Shown here in pieces: positions 17,956-27,756 of a DNA stretch of 64,000 bases; the first letter of the stretch is position 1; each line of letters opens with the position of its first letter. Origin of the DNA: an uncultured Chryseobacterium sp. (GTDB lineage Bacteria; Bacteroidota; Bacteroidia; Flavobacteriales_D; Sanyastnellaceae); contig CAZNVU010000001.1 of assembly GCA_964576575.1 (NCBI GenBank), forward strand, positions 5,233 through 69,232, given 5' to 3'. Below the pieces are notes generated by a model. That model had not been told where the DNA came from and made no database searches. It worked only from the letters and a program-made list of their open reading frames with translations. A program made the position numbers and the translations under genes.

Positions 17956-20900
17956 GTTCTTCAAAGTGATACAAATCTCCGGTGCTGTCGCAATGGAAAT
18001 GACGACGCTTTCTACCTTTAGGTTTTTGTGGTGTTTCTCCATTGATGATGGCCTTCTGCATGGCATCCATTAATGCTTTGCGATCATTCCATTCTTCTTG
18101 GTGCAAGAATCCATCTTCTTCACGATCAAAGTAGCATCTGCCATCAACAAATGTTTTTTCTGCGATGGCGTATACACTCAATGGGCTGGTGTTCCAGATG
18201 ACAACATCCGCGTCTTTGCCTGCTTTTAATGACCCCATTCTTTCATCGAGATGAAGAATCTTTGCAGGATTCAAAGTAACAAACTTCCATGCCTCTTCCT
18301 CAGAAAGATTGCCGTACTTTATGGCTTTTGCCGCTTCTTGGTTCAATCTTCTGGCCATTTCTGCATCATCTGAATTGAAGGCTACTACAATACCTTCTCG
18401 GTGCATAAGGGCTCCGTTGTATGGGATGGCGTCACGCACTTCCATTTTGTAGGCCCACCAGTCGCTGAAGGAAGATGCTGCTGCTCCATGCGCTTTCATC
18501 TTGTCAGCTACTTTGTAACCTTCTAAAATGTGGGTGAAGGTGTTGATCTTGATTCCCATGCTGTCCGCCATGTGCATGAGCATGTTGATTTCACTTTGAA
18601 CATAACTGTGGCAGGTGATGAATCGCTTGCCTTCCAGGATTTCCAATAATGCTTGTTTCTCCAAATCAACCCTTGGTTTGGGTAATTTGGTTTTTGACTT
18701 TAAAGACAAATTGTAATTTTTCCATTCATTACCATATTCACGCGCTTGATGGAAGTGATCATAATAAACTTGCTCGACACCCATTCTGGTTTGTGGAAAA
18801 CGAATACTGTTGAAATCACCAGCATTGCTGTGTTTTACATTTTCGCCTAAAGCAAATTTGATAAACCCAGGGGCATTTTCTATCAGCATTTGTTCATGGT
18901 TCACGCCCCATCTGGTTTTGATTAATGCGCTTTGTCCACCTATAGCGTTGGCACTTCCATGTAAAAGTTGAGCTGATGTAACACCACCTGATAGTTGACG
19001 ATAAATGTCAATATCCTCTGGCCAAACAACCCGAGCTTCCTCTACTTCTGCACTGGATGTCTGCGCGTGCTCATTGACTGACATCAAAGCAATGTGACTA
19101 TGCTCATCAATAATTCCACATGTGATGTGTTTGCCTGTTGCGTCTATGCTAGTGACTTCTGATCCTGTTGGCGGTGACACTTTACCTACCTGAAGTATTT
19201 TACCATTTTGAATTAAAAGATCACCCTTAATAATTCCTTCTTTCTCATTGGTCCATAGAGTTCCGTTTTTGATCCATACCGTTTCTTGCACAGGCAATGT
19301 GTTTCTGCCATAGGCACCAAAGGGGTAGGTCATTTCTGTAATTGGATTAATCCACTCTTCAATGGCTTCAACGGTGGTGTCGGGCTCAATGATGTTGGGA
19401 TTAAATTTTCCATTGATGGTAATGTTCTTGCTGTCTCCATTTTGATCGATAAGCAACCACCCTGTGACACTACTATTTAGCTTTTGCAAACTCATGTATT
19501 GTTGAGAAATTGCAATACTATCACTCTTGGGCATTAATGAAATGGTAATTCGCGATTCATCCGTTTTAACTGTACTGTTTAGTGACAAAGTGTCTGCGCC
19601 TTGTATCCAAGTGGCCATGACGCCTTGCGGTTTGTCTTCTACAACAACTTTTATTTCTTGGCTTTTTTCGGTTTGTAAGGAATAGGTTCCCAACCATGGA
19701 TTTGCTTTTGTAACATTTACTTCATGTTTTTTACCCATCACCCAGTTTTCCTCAATCTTACATTTTTTTGAAAGGAGTGGTTCATTGGTGATAATGAAAT
19801 TGGCCCATTTCCCTTTGTCCAAGCTGCCCAATTGGTCATATGCATTGATCCATTGCGCTGGATTTTTGCATAAAGCTCGAATCACGTCGGATTCGTCTAG
19901 TCCATACCTCGCAGCCTTTCGAATGTTGTTTAAGAAACCACTTTTATCGTCTAATCCGTCTGTGGTAAAGGCAAAAGGAACATTAGCTTCTTTGAGGGAA
20001 GCTGCATTTGCTGGAGCCCAGTCCCAATGTTTCAATTCTTCCAAGGGTACTTGTCTTGCCAATAGCGGGTCAATTAAATCATATGGTCCAGGAAAATTAA
20101 CTGGAAGAACAAATGAGCCTTTGGTTGCTGCAATTTCCTGCATTCTTTGATATTCATTTCCGCAACCTTTAAAGATGTATTGCACCTTCATTTCGTCTCC
20201 AATCTTGTCAGCTCGCAGGGCGTTCCATTTGTCATCGGTTTCAAAAAAGGAAGGGAATTGCTGTAATTGTAAAAAAGATTCTAAGCTGAGGTTGCGTTCT
20301 AGTTGAATCCCCTGATTTTTATACCATTCAGCATCGAAATAGGTTTGACGCAAAAGGGCGATTGAACCCATCAAGCTGGATGGATATTCTTGTTTACTAC
20401 TTCCTTTTTCAAATGAATAATGTGCCGACACATTGGATTTTAAAAGTGCAATATTTTCGTTGTTATCTAAAGCAACTAAGGCTCCGCTACCTCTCACAAT
20501 TCCATCTTTTCTGTGCGTAACCACGGCGCCAACACCGGCTTTGATTAAATCATTTGCAGCGGATTCATCATAGTTAAAATGGTAGCTGGCTGCGTAGTCT
20601 GCGTGTATAGCGTCATTCCAGCCAAATGCTCCCTTCCTGTTGCGATCAGGATTTGGGAATGGAGACCATTGTGCTTGTTCAACAGCGGGTTGTCCATAGC
20701 TGCTATACAAATCAACAAAGGACGGGTAGATGTGTTTGTTGCTGTAATCCAATATTACAGTGCCAGCAGGCAATGTTAGGTTGCTGCCTACGTTGATGAT
20801 TCGACCTTTGTAAAATAAAAGGGTAGCATCATTTAATACCTCAATGTCATTGATGTGCAGTGTGGCATGAGTGAGGGCGGTGTGTACCACCTCCTTTTCT

Positions 20901-20983
20901 CGAGCGCCATTGACAGGGAAAGTGGGTTGCGCATAAATCCAAGCAGACTGAATCAGGGCAACAAACAAAAATGTTTTTCGCAT
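17933..20983 (-). CDS. Two-domain amidohydrolase-superfamily protein (degenerate N-terminal copy plus intact C-terminal copy), secreted
   Basis: A signal peptide is present. The N-terminal half reads YPSFVDLYSSYG with no HxH. The C-terminal half has GIIDEHSHIAL (HxH) and later AFNSDD. The last 23 nt overlap the start of the next gene. Confidence 0.75.
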   Translation of the reverse strand: MRKTFLFVALIQSAWIYAQPTFPVNGAREKEVVHTALTHATLHINDIEVLNDATLLFYKGRIINVGSNLTLPAGTVILDYSNKHIYPSFVDLYSSYGQPAVEQAQWSPFPNPDRNRKGAFGWNDAIHADYAASYHFNYDESAANDLIKAGVGAVVTHRKDGIVRGSGALVALDNNENIALLKSNVSAHYSFEKGSSKQEYPSSLMGSIALLRQTYFDAEWYKNQGIQLERNLSLESFLQLQQFPSFFETDDKWNALRADKIGDEMKVQYIFKGCGNEYQRMQEIAATKGSFVLPVNFPGPYDLIDPLLARQVPLEELKHWDWAPANAASLKEANVPFAFTTDGLDDKSGFLNNIRKAARYGLDESDVIRALCKNPAQWINAYDQLGSLDKGKWANFIITNEPLLSKKCKIEENWVMGKKHEVNVTKANPWLGTYSLQTEKSQEIKVVVEDKPQGVMATWIQGADTLSLNSTVKTDESRITISLMPKSDSIAISQQYMSLQKLNSSVTGWLLIDQNGDSKNITINGKFNPNIIEPDTTVEAIEEWINPITEMTYPFGAYGRNTLPVQETVWIKNGTLWTNEKEGIIKGDLLIQNGKILQVGKVSPPTGSEVTSIDATGKHITCGIIDEHSHIALMSVNEHAQTSSAEVEEARVVWPEDIDIYRQLSGGVTSAQLLHGSANAIGGQSALIKTRWGVNHEQMLIENAPGFIKFALGENVKHSNAGDFNSIRFPQTRMGVEQVYYDHFHQAREYGNEWKNYNLSLKSKTKLPKPRVDLEKQALLEILEGKRFITCHSYVQSEINMLMHMADSMGIKINTFTHILEGYKVADKMKAHGAAASSFSDWWAYKMEVRDAIPYNGALMHREGIVVAFNSDDAEMARRLNQEAAKAIKYGNLSEEEAWKFVTLNPAKILHLDERMGSLKAGKDADVVIWNTSPLSVYAIAEKTFVDGRCYFDREEDGFLHQEEWNDRKALMDAMQKAIINGETPQKPKGRKRRHFHCDSTGDLYHFEEHDHENHH

Positions 20984-21031
20984 ACTGCAATGATAAGCAA
21001 AAAAGCAGCAGCAAAGAACGGGCTAGAGGGC

Positions 21032-21682
21032 TTAATGTATTACACCAACAACATCAGGAATAACGAGCTTTCCAGCTGTTTTGGCTTGTATTTCTTCGAT
21101 GCTGACGTCGTGGGCTCTCTCTAACAAATGAAATGCGCCGTCTTTGATGTCAAACACACCCAAATCGGTGACTACTTTTTTGATGCAATGAATTCCAGTG
21201 AGAGGAAGGGTGCATTGCGGCAAAAGTTTGGAATGACCTGCTTTGTCGCAATGTTGCATGGCCACAATGATGTTTTTTGCAGAGGCTACTAAATCCATGG
21301 CACCGCCCATTCCTTTTACCATTTTTCCGGGGACTTTCCAATTGGCAATGTCTCCCAATTCACTCACTTCCATGGCGCCTAAAATGGTCAAATCCACTTT
21401 CTGGGCCCTAATCATTCCAAAGCTCATCGCACTATCAAAGAAGGATGATCCAGGCAGTGTCGTTACTGTTTGTTTTCCAGCATTGATAAGGTCGGCATCT
21501 TCTTCACCTTCAAAAGGAAATGGTCCGGTTCCGAGTAGACCATTTTCAGATTGCAGAACTACCTCGATATTACTGGGAACATAATTGGCCACCAATGTGG
21601 GGATGCCGATGCCCAAGTTGACGTACATGCCGTCTTTGACTTCTAATGCAATTCTTTTTGCAATTCCATTTTTATCCAACAT
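21032..21682 (-). CDS. scoB: 3-oxoacid CoA-transferase subunit B
   Basis: It has the SENG active-site motif (LQSENGLLG), a family-typical length, and a position directly after subunit A. Confidence 0.85.
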   Translation of the reverse strand: MLDKNGIAKRIALEVKDGMYVNLGIGIPTLVANYVPSNIEVVLQSENGLLGTGPFPFEGEEDADLINAGKQTVTTLPGSSFFDSAMSFGMIRAQKVDLTILGAMEVSELGDIANWKVPGKMVKGMGGAMDLVASAKNIIVAMQHCDKAGHSKLLPQCTLPLTGIHCIKKVVTDLGVFDIKDGAFHLLERAHDVSIEEIQAKTAGKLVIPDVVGVIH

Positions 21683-21684
21683 GA

Positions 21685-22389
21685 TTACGCGCGCTTTTGG
21701 GTGGTTCTTTGTTCAATTCTCTTTTCGTATCGCTTTCCTTGGAAGATGCGATGCACATAGATGCCAGGGGTGTGTATGTGGTCAGGGTCCAATTCACCCG
21801 CGGGGACCAATTCCTCCACTTCAGCAATGGTTATTTTCCCAGCCATGGCCATCATGGGATTAAAATTTCTTGCGGTACTTCTGAATATCAAATTGCCCAT
21901 GGTGTCTCCTTTCCAAGCTTTGACTATGGCAAAGTCTGCATCAAAGGCATATTCCATGAGATAAGTTTTTCCGTTGAAGACTCTGGTTTCTTTTCCTTCG
22001 GCAACTTCCGTTCCTACGCCAGCGGGAGTGTAGATGACGGGCATTCCATAGCCCGCTGCCATACATCGTTGGGCCAATGTGCCTTGGGGGATCAGTTCTA
22101 CGTCTAATTCTCCACTGAGCATTTGTCTTTCAAACTCAGCGTTTTCACCAACATATGAACTGATCATTTTTTTTACCTGTTTGCCTTGGAGCAATAGGCC
22201 CAATCCAAAATCATCAACACCTGCATTGTTGGAGATGCAGGTCAAATTATCAACGCCCAAATTGACCAATTCGGTAATGCAATTTTCAGGAATGCCACAA
22301 AGGCCAAAACCCCCGACCATAAGGGTCATACCACTTTGAATGCCTTGGCATGCTTCGTTGGCATCACTTACAACTTTATTAAAGCCCAT
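21685..22389 (-). CDS. scoA: 3-oxoacid CoA-transferase subunit A
   Basis: It has the GGFGLCGIPE motif and lies 2 nt upstream of subunit B. Confidence 0.85.
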   Translation of the reverse strand: MGFNKVVSDANEACQGIQSGMTLMVGGFGLCGIPENCITELVNLGVDNLTCISNNAGVDDFGLGLLLQGKQVKKMISSYVGENAEFERQMLSGELDVELIPQGTLAQRCMAAGYGMPVIYTPAGVGTEVAEGKETRVFNGKTYLMEYAFDADFAIVKAWKGDTMGNLIFRSTARNFNPMMAMAGKITIAEVEELVPAGELDPDHIHTPGIYVHRIFQGKRYEKRIEQRTTQKRA

Positions 22390-22391
22390 TT

Positions 22392-24812
22392 TTATTTTTT
22401 TTGTATTGAATCTGCCCCGCCCATGAATAACTCTCCATTGTTGTACAAATCTTCATCACCATCATCGGAGAATACATCCTCTGCAAAAATAGCTCCTGGC
22501 TCATGCACATTGCAATCAAATCTGAGGGTGTCATAGTTTTCAGGTCTTGGGAAGTCTCCTTTGGAGATTTTGATGTTGGGGTCGGCGTATACCTTGTTCA
22601 TGAAATAACCAAATATAGGAAGACCTGTATTGGCGCCCTGACCAAGGTTGGTGCTGCTGAATCGAATGGTGGGATCTTGTGCTCCTACCCATACACCAGT
22701 AACCAAATCTGGAGTCATACCTATGAACCAACCGTCAGTATTGCTCTGTGTAGTTCCTGTTTTTCCCGCCATAGGATACCTCAAATTGCCATAAGGTTTT
22801 CCACTTCTGATTCGCGCTGCTGTTCCAAAGTTGCATACGCCCTTCATCATGTCTACCAATGCATAAGATACGCTTGGATCAAGGGCTTGACTGATTTGCG
22901 GATCTGCTTCGTAAATCATGTTGCCATTGCGGTCTTCAATTCGAAGCAAATAGGTGGGTTCTATGTACATGCCATGATTAACCATCGCGGAGTTGGCTCC
23001 TACCATTTCATACAGCGACAATTGCGCCACACCCAATGCAATGGAATAGGTGCGGGGAATGTCACTCTTGATACCCAGATTGCGCGCCAATGCCACTACA
23101 GCATCCACTCCGTAATCGCTGATCAATTGCGCGGCTACTGTATTGACGGATGCTGCCAGCGCTTTGTTCATCACATATCGTCCGGCACTTCCTCCGCGCG
23201 GACACCAGCGTTCACCGTTAGGTAAATTAAAACAAGGTGATGCGACAACAATAGGGTCACATGGTTTTTTACCCATACGCAGCGCTGTGGCGTACACAAT
23301 GGGCTTAAACGTAGATCCCACCTGACGGCGTGATTGGTAAACATTGTCGTACTTAAAATAGTTGTAATCTATGCCACCAACCCATGCTTTGACGTGTCCT
23401 GTTTTTGGGTCCATGGACATAAGACTAGCATGAAGTATTGTCTTATGGTACAAAATACTATCCATGGGACTCATGAGTGTGTCTTTGGGTCCCTTGTGCG
23501 TATATACCTTCATTTTGGTTTTGGTCTGGAAGATTTTTTGAATCTCCGCTTCATCATGTGATGCCCAATGCTCACCACAACCTCCAGCCTCTGAATCACA
23601 AACATACTCTTTGCCTTCTCTTACAATATAGTTTTTGGGTCTTTGGCATTCGGGACACATGTGTCCAGCTAAAAATTTGTATCGCTCACTTTGTTTGTAA
23701 GCTTGATCCATGATGTTTTTGCGGTCACCTTCTGTGATTCCATTGTAGAAAGGATAGTTTTCCTTTTTTCTCGATTTTAAATCTTGGGTAAATGCTTTTT
23801 GCAATTCTTTGCTCAAATGTTCTTCTACAGCCCATTCCCCGTATTCCTGCATTTGGGCATCTAAGGTGGTATAGATTTTTAACCCGTCTTTGTATATGTT
23901 GTAGGGCGTGCCATCTGCTTTGATATATTTCAAATTACCTTCTGCATCTTTCTCATCAAAAATTTCTTGAATTTTCAAGCGCAATACTTCTCTGAAGTAT
24001 GGCGCCACTCCCTCGGTGTGGCTGATTTTTTGAAAATCCAAACCTAATGGTAAAATGCGTAGACTATCATATTGCTGTTCTGATAGGTAATTGTTTTTAA
24101 CCATCTGTTTCAATACCACTTCACGGCGTTTGGTAACTTTCTCCGCACGCTTCATAGGGTTGAACAAAGAAGAGTTTTTGAGCATACCGATGAGCATCGC
24201 TCCTTGTTCTACCGTCAATTTTTCTGGCGTTGTGTTAAAATACACCAAAGCTGCAGATTTGATTCCTACGGCTTGATTTAAGAAATCATATTGGTTTAGG
24301 TAAAGAGTGATGATTTCTTCTTTGGTGTAAAGGCGTTCCAACTTGCATGCGATAATCCATTCACGAATTTTTTGCCAAGCACGTTTTACTTTTCCAACTT
24401 TTTCGAAATTCTTGGTGAACTGTTGCTTGGCCAATTGTTGGGTGATGGTGGACCCTCCACCGTCTTGTCCTAGGCTGAACATTGCCCTAAATAACCCCAA
24501 ATAATCTACGCCACTATGTTTGTAGAATCTTTCATCTTCAGTTGCTACCAAGGCATCCACGACATGTTTTGGAATCTCATTGAACTTCACATCGGCACGG
24601 TTTTCTTTGAAGTAAGAACCAATCATTTTTCCGTCGGCGGAATAAATGGATGAGGCCAAGCTGACTTTTGGGTTGGCCAAGGTTTCTACATTGGGAAGAC
24701 CGCTCAATAGGGTGATAAGCAGAATGAGAAGAACCAACAAGACTGGACTGGCTCCAATCCAAATGAGTCGCTTATTGTATTTCTTGGTTTGCTCAGGGCT
24801 AAATTTTTCCAT
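22392..24812 (-). CDS. mrcA: Class A penicillin-binding protein (PBP1A; glycosyltransferase plus transpeptidase)
   Basis: Glycosyltransferase motifs EDERFYKHSGVD and GGSTITQQ are present. Transpeptidase motifs STFKP and KTGTT are present. It has an N-terminal membrane anchor. Confidence 0.9.
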   Translation of the reverse strand: MEKFSPEQTKKYNKRLIWIGASPVLLVLLILLITLLSGLPNVETLANPKVSLASSIYSADGKMIGSYFKENRADVKFNEIPKHVVDALVATEDERFYKHSGVDYLGLFRAMFSLGQDGGGSTITQQLAKQQFTKNFEKVGKVKRAWQKIREWIIACKLERLYTKEEIITLYLNQYDFLNQAVGIKSAALVYFNTTPEKLTVEQGAMLIGMLKNSSLFNPMKRAEKVTKRREVVLKQMVKNNYLSEQQYDSLRILPLGLDFQKISHTEGVAPYFREVLRLKIQEIFDEKDAEGNLKYIKADGTPYNIYKDGLKIYTTLDAQMQEYGEWAVEEHLSKELQKAFTQDLKSRKKENYPFYNGITEGDRKNIMDQAYKQSERYKFLAGHMCPECQRPKNYIVREGKEYVCDSEAGGCGEHWASHDEAEIQKIFQTKTKMKVYTHKGPKDTLMSPMDSILYHKTILHASLMSMDPKTGHVKAWVGGIDYNYFKYDNVYQSRRQVGSTFKPIVYATALRMGKKPCDPIVVASPCFNLPNGERWCPRGGSAGRYVMNKALAASVNTVAAQLISDYGVDAVVALARNLGIKSDIPRTYSIALGVAQLSLYEMVGANSAMVNHGMYIEPTYLLRIEDRNGNMIYEADPQISQALDPSVSYALVDMMKGVCNFGTAARIRSGKPYGNLRYPMAGKTGTTQSNTDGWFIGMTPDLVTGVWVGAQDPTIRFSSTNLGQGANTGLPIFGYFMNKVYADPNIKISKGDFPRPENYDTLRFDCNVHEPGAIFAEDVFSDDGDEDLYNNGELFMGGADSIQKK

Positions 24813-24880
24813 TCTTGCAAAGATAAAACCCTGTCATTGCGCTTATCGTCAGAGTTGACCTTGTTTTAACAATGGTTTGC

Positions 24881-26707
24881 TCATTTCTCACCCTGAGTTT
24901 CAGAATCAAAAGCATGGAAGTAACCATGTATCTTTTTGGCCACTGGTGCGGAAACGCAGGTACTCAAGGATTCAATCGTTTGAGCTTTGATATTGTCGAC
25001 ACTGCCAAATTGAATCAAAAGTTTTTGAGCACTCTTGATTCCTAGTCCTGGAATTTGGGTCAATTCTGTTTGCAACGCTTCTTTGCTTCTTCTGTTGCGG
25101 TGTTTAGACAAGCCAAAACGATGCGCCTCATCGCGCAATTGTTGAATGAGTTTTAAAGATTCAGAGCGCTTGTCCAAATACAGGGGATCTGAATCGCCGG
25201 GGAAATAAATCTCTTCTAGTTTTTTTGCAATGCCAATTACAGCAACCTTTCCTACAAGATTAAGTGTGGCCAGGCTTTCCATGGCCGCGCTCAATTGTCC
25301 TTTGCCGCCATCAATAATAATCAGTTGAGGCATCGGTTCATTTTCCTCCATTACCCGGTGGTACCTTCTGAAAATGGCCTCGCGCATGGTGGCAAAATCG
25401 TCAGGGCCTTGAACGGTTTTGACATTGAATATCCGGTAATCTTTTTTGCTGGACTTTGCGTCTTTGAAAACCACGCATGCACTGACAGGATTGGTACCTT
25501 GAATGTTTGAATTGTCAAAACATTCAATGTGTCGGGGTAATTCCTTGAGGTGAAGATCTTTTTTTAATGTGGACAATATCCGCTCTGTATGTCGGGCAGG
25601 GTCTGTCAGTTCTATTTGTTTGTGGGACTGCAACAAGCTGTGCTTGGCATTTCGCTCTGATAATTCCAACAATTTTTTCTTGTCTCCGCGCAACGGAACA
25701 GTGAGCTTCACCTTCTCCCAAGGCCAATCGATGTCAAAAGGAACCAGTACTTCAAAGGATTTGGATTTGAATTTTTCTCGGATGTGTGTCACGGCAAAAG
25801 TCAACACCTCTTCATCGGTTTCATCCATTCTTTTTTTCAATTCCATGTTGTATCCTATGGCAATGGTACCATTCATGATTTGAAGGTAATTGACAAAAGA
25901 GCTGTTATCATCTGAGACCATGGTAAAGACATCAATGTGCGATATGGATGGATGGACAATGGTATTTTTGGCTTGAAAACTTTCCAGTGCATCAATTTTT
26001 TCTTTGACCTTCTGTGCAGCTTCAAACTCCAATACAGTAGCTTTTTGCAACATGTCTTGTTTTAAATCGCGAAGCACATCTCCATAATAGCCACGGATAA
26101 TGCGTTTGATTTGAAAGATGTGTTGATCATATTCCAACTCTGATTGTCTCGCATCACATGGACCAAGGCAATTGCCAATGTGGTACTCCAAACAAACTCG
26201 GAATTTACCTTTTTCAATGTTCTCTTGCGACAATGGTAGATTGCAGGTCCTTATAGGATAGAGTGTTTTAGCTAATTCTAACACCTGATGCATGGCTTTG
26301 ACACTGGTAAATGGACCCAGATAGGTGGAGCCGTCTTTCAGAATTTTTCGAGTTGCAAATACCCTGGGAAATTTTTCATTTTTGATGACAATGCTTGGAT
26401 AGGTTCTGTCATCTTTTAATGCAATATTGTACTTGGGTTTGAATTTTTTTATCAGGGAGTTTTCTAGCAACAAGGCGTCAGATTCCGTGGCAACAACAAT
26501 GAACTTGATGTCAGCAATGCGTTTGACCAGTTGAAAGGTCTTGGCATTTTCAAATTTGATTTTACTGAAATAGCTGCTGACACGGTTTTTTAGCACCTTG
26601 GCCTTTCCAATGTAGAGCAACTGCCCATGCTCATCATAGTATTGGTAAACACCTGGCTTGTCTGGCAGTGTTTTGAGGATGTTCTCTATGTGGGCGTTGG
26701 TTTTCAA
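24881..26707 (-). CDS. uvrC: Excinuclease ABC subunit C
   Basis: It has a GIY-YIG N-terminus (GVYQYYDEHGQLLYIGKA), a UVR domain and a C-terminal HhH. The start is TTG. Confidence 0.9.
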   Translation of the reverse strand: MKTNAHIENILKTLPDKPGVYQYYDEHGQLLYIGKAKVLKNRVSSYFSKIKFENAKTFQLVKRIADIKFIVVATESDALLLENSLIKKFKPKYNIALKDDRTYPSIVIKNEKFPRVFATRKILKDGSTYLGPFTSVKAMHQVLELAKTLYPIRTCNLPLSQENIEKGKFRVCLEYHIGNCLGPCDARQSELEYDQHIFQIKRIIRGYYGDVLRDLKQDMLQKATVLEFEAAQKVKEKIDALESFQAKNTIVHPSISHIDVFTMVSDDNSSFVNYLQIMNGTIAIGYNMELKKRMDETDEEVLTFAVTHIREKFKSKSFEVLVPFDIDWPWEKVKLTVPLRGDKKKLLELSERNAKHSLLQSHKQIELTDPARHTERILSTLKKDLHLKELPRHIECFDNSNIQGTNPVSACVVFKDAKSSKKDYRIFNVKTVQGPDDFATMREAIFRRYHRVMEENEPMPQLIIIDGGKGQLSAAMESLATLNLVGKVAVIGIAKKLEEIYFPGDSDPLYLDKRSESLKLIQQLRDEAHRFGLSKHRNRRSKEALQTELTQIPGLGIKSAQKLLIQFGSVDNIKAQTIESLSTCVSAPVAKKIHGYFHAFDSETQGEK

Positions 26708-26747
26708 ACGTGGCGAAGTTAATGCGAATGTGGTTTAACTTAGCGCC

Positions 26748-27755
26748 ATGCAATTGATCACAGGAGCAACGGGATTGGTAGGCTCACATGTCTTAAAGTA
26801 TCTTTTACAAAAAGGAGAAGCGGTGACTGCTTTGTACCACCATAGAAAGCCTGAAGAAACAGAGAAATGGTTGCGCAGCAAAGGAGTCAGTTGGGAAACC
26901 AATCAGTTGTATTGGATGACAACAGAATCGTTTTGGAATCTATCTCATTTTGATGATTTCAAAACAATTTACCATTGCGCAGCGGTGGTGAGTTATCACG
27001 TTAAGGATCACGCGATGATGATGGAAGTAAATGTTCACCAGACAGCGGAATGGGTGGATTGGGCGTTAGAGTTTGGTGTTTCTTTTTGTCACGTTAGTTC
27101 TATTGCCGCTTTGGGAAAATCCGAAGAAAATGCATCCATAGATGAGCAATGTTTTTGGCAGCCATCCAAATACCATACAGAGTATTCAAGGACAAAGTTT
27201 TTGAGTGAAATGGAGGTTTGGCGCGGTATAGAAGAGGGGCTTAAAGCAGTTATTGTCAATCCTGGGGTGATCATTGGAGAGGTGGATTTGCTGCAGAGTT
27301 CGGGTCAATTGTTTGATACGGTGGCCAGGGGTTACAACTATTATCCCAGGGGCGGAACCGGATGGATAGGAGCCAATGATGTTGCCCAAATCATGTTACG
27401 TTTGGTAGAGAACAATTGCTGGGGAGAGCGCTATATCCTGGTAGCAGAAAATCAAACTATGGAGTGGGCTTTTGCATCTATGGCAAAGGCAATGAATAAA
27501 AGGATTCCGCGGAAGCCGCTCAGTCAATGGATGTTGAACCTCATTTATTGGATGGATGCTATCAGGGAGCTGCTATCAGGCAAGAAGGCCATGGTGACAG
27601 CGGAAACCATCCGAAATACCGAACAAATCAAGCGATTTAACAACGAAAAAATAGTAAAGCAACTGCAATGGAAGTTTGAGTCCGTGGAAGATGTTATCCA
27701 ACAAACCGCTCGCAATCTATTTCCGCAGTTACCTTTGTCAACCGAAAAAAATTAG
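26748..27755 (+). CDS. NAD-dependent epimerase/dehydratase family protein
   Basis: It has a Rossmann motif ITGATGLVGSH and a YxxxK-type motif (YSRTK). Confidence 0.75.
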   Translation: MQLITGATGLVGSHVLKYLLQKGEAVTALYHHRKPEETEKWLRSKGVSWETNQLYWMTTESFWNLSHFDDFKTIYHCAAVVSYHVKDHAMMMEVNVHQTAEWVDWALEFGVSFCHVSSIAALGKSEENASIDEQCFWQPSKYHTEYSRTKFLSEMEVWRGIEEGLKAVIVNPGVIIGEVDLLQSSGQLFDTVARGYNYYPRGGTGWIGANDVAQIMLRLVENNCWGERYILVAENQTMEWAFASMAKAMNKRIPRKPLSQWMLNLIYWMDAIRELLSGKKAMVTAETIRNTEQIKRFNNEKIVKQLQWKFESVEDVIQQTARNLFPQLPLSTEKN

Positions 27756-27756
27756 A

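Noticed and set aside
17956-18066. Upstream extension of the small amidohydrolase ORF
   Set aside because: It overlaps the 3' end of the large amidohydrolase by 134 nt. The ATG at 17955 or 17949 yields a normal signal peptide (MTMKTTTKILIICFALISC).
22503-23225. A 240-aa plus-strand ORF antisense to the PBP1A gene
   Set aside because: It is fully embedded in a well-supported conserved gene. Its translation has no recognisable motifs and an odd composition.
24818-24825. TAnnTTTG match (minus strand TATCTTTG) upstream of the PBP1A gene
   Set aside because: It lies only about 6 nt from the ATG, too close to serve as a -7 box for that start. It is likely a chance match in AT-rich DNA.
27676-27756. 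Upstream extension of the malic enzyme ORF (track start 27676)
   Set aside because: The extension lies inside the preceding epimerase gene in another frame. The ATG at 27757 gives the conserved N-terminus MEAIKKKDALDYHE.
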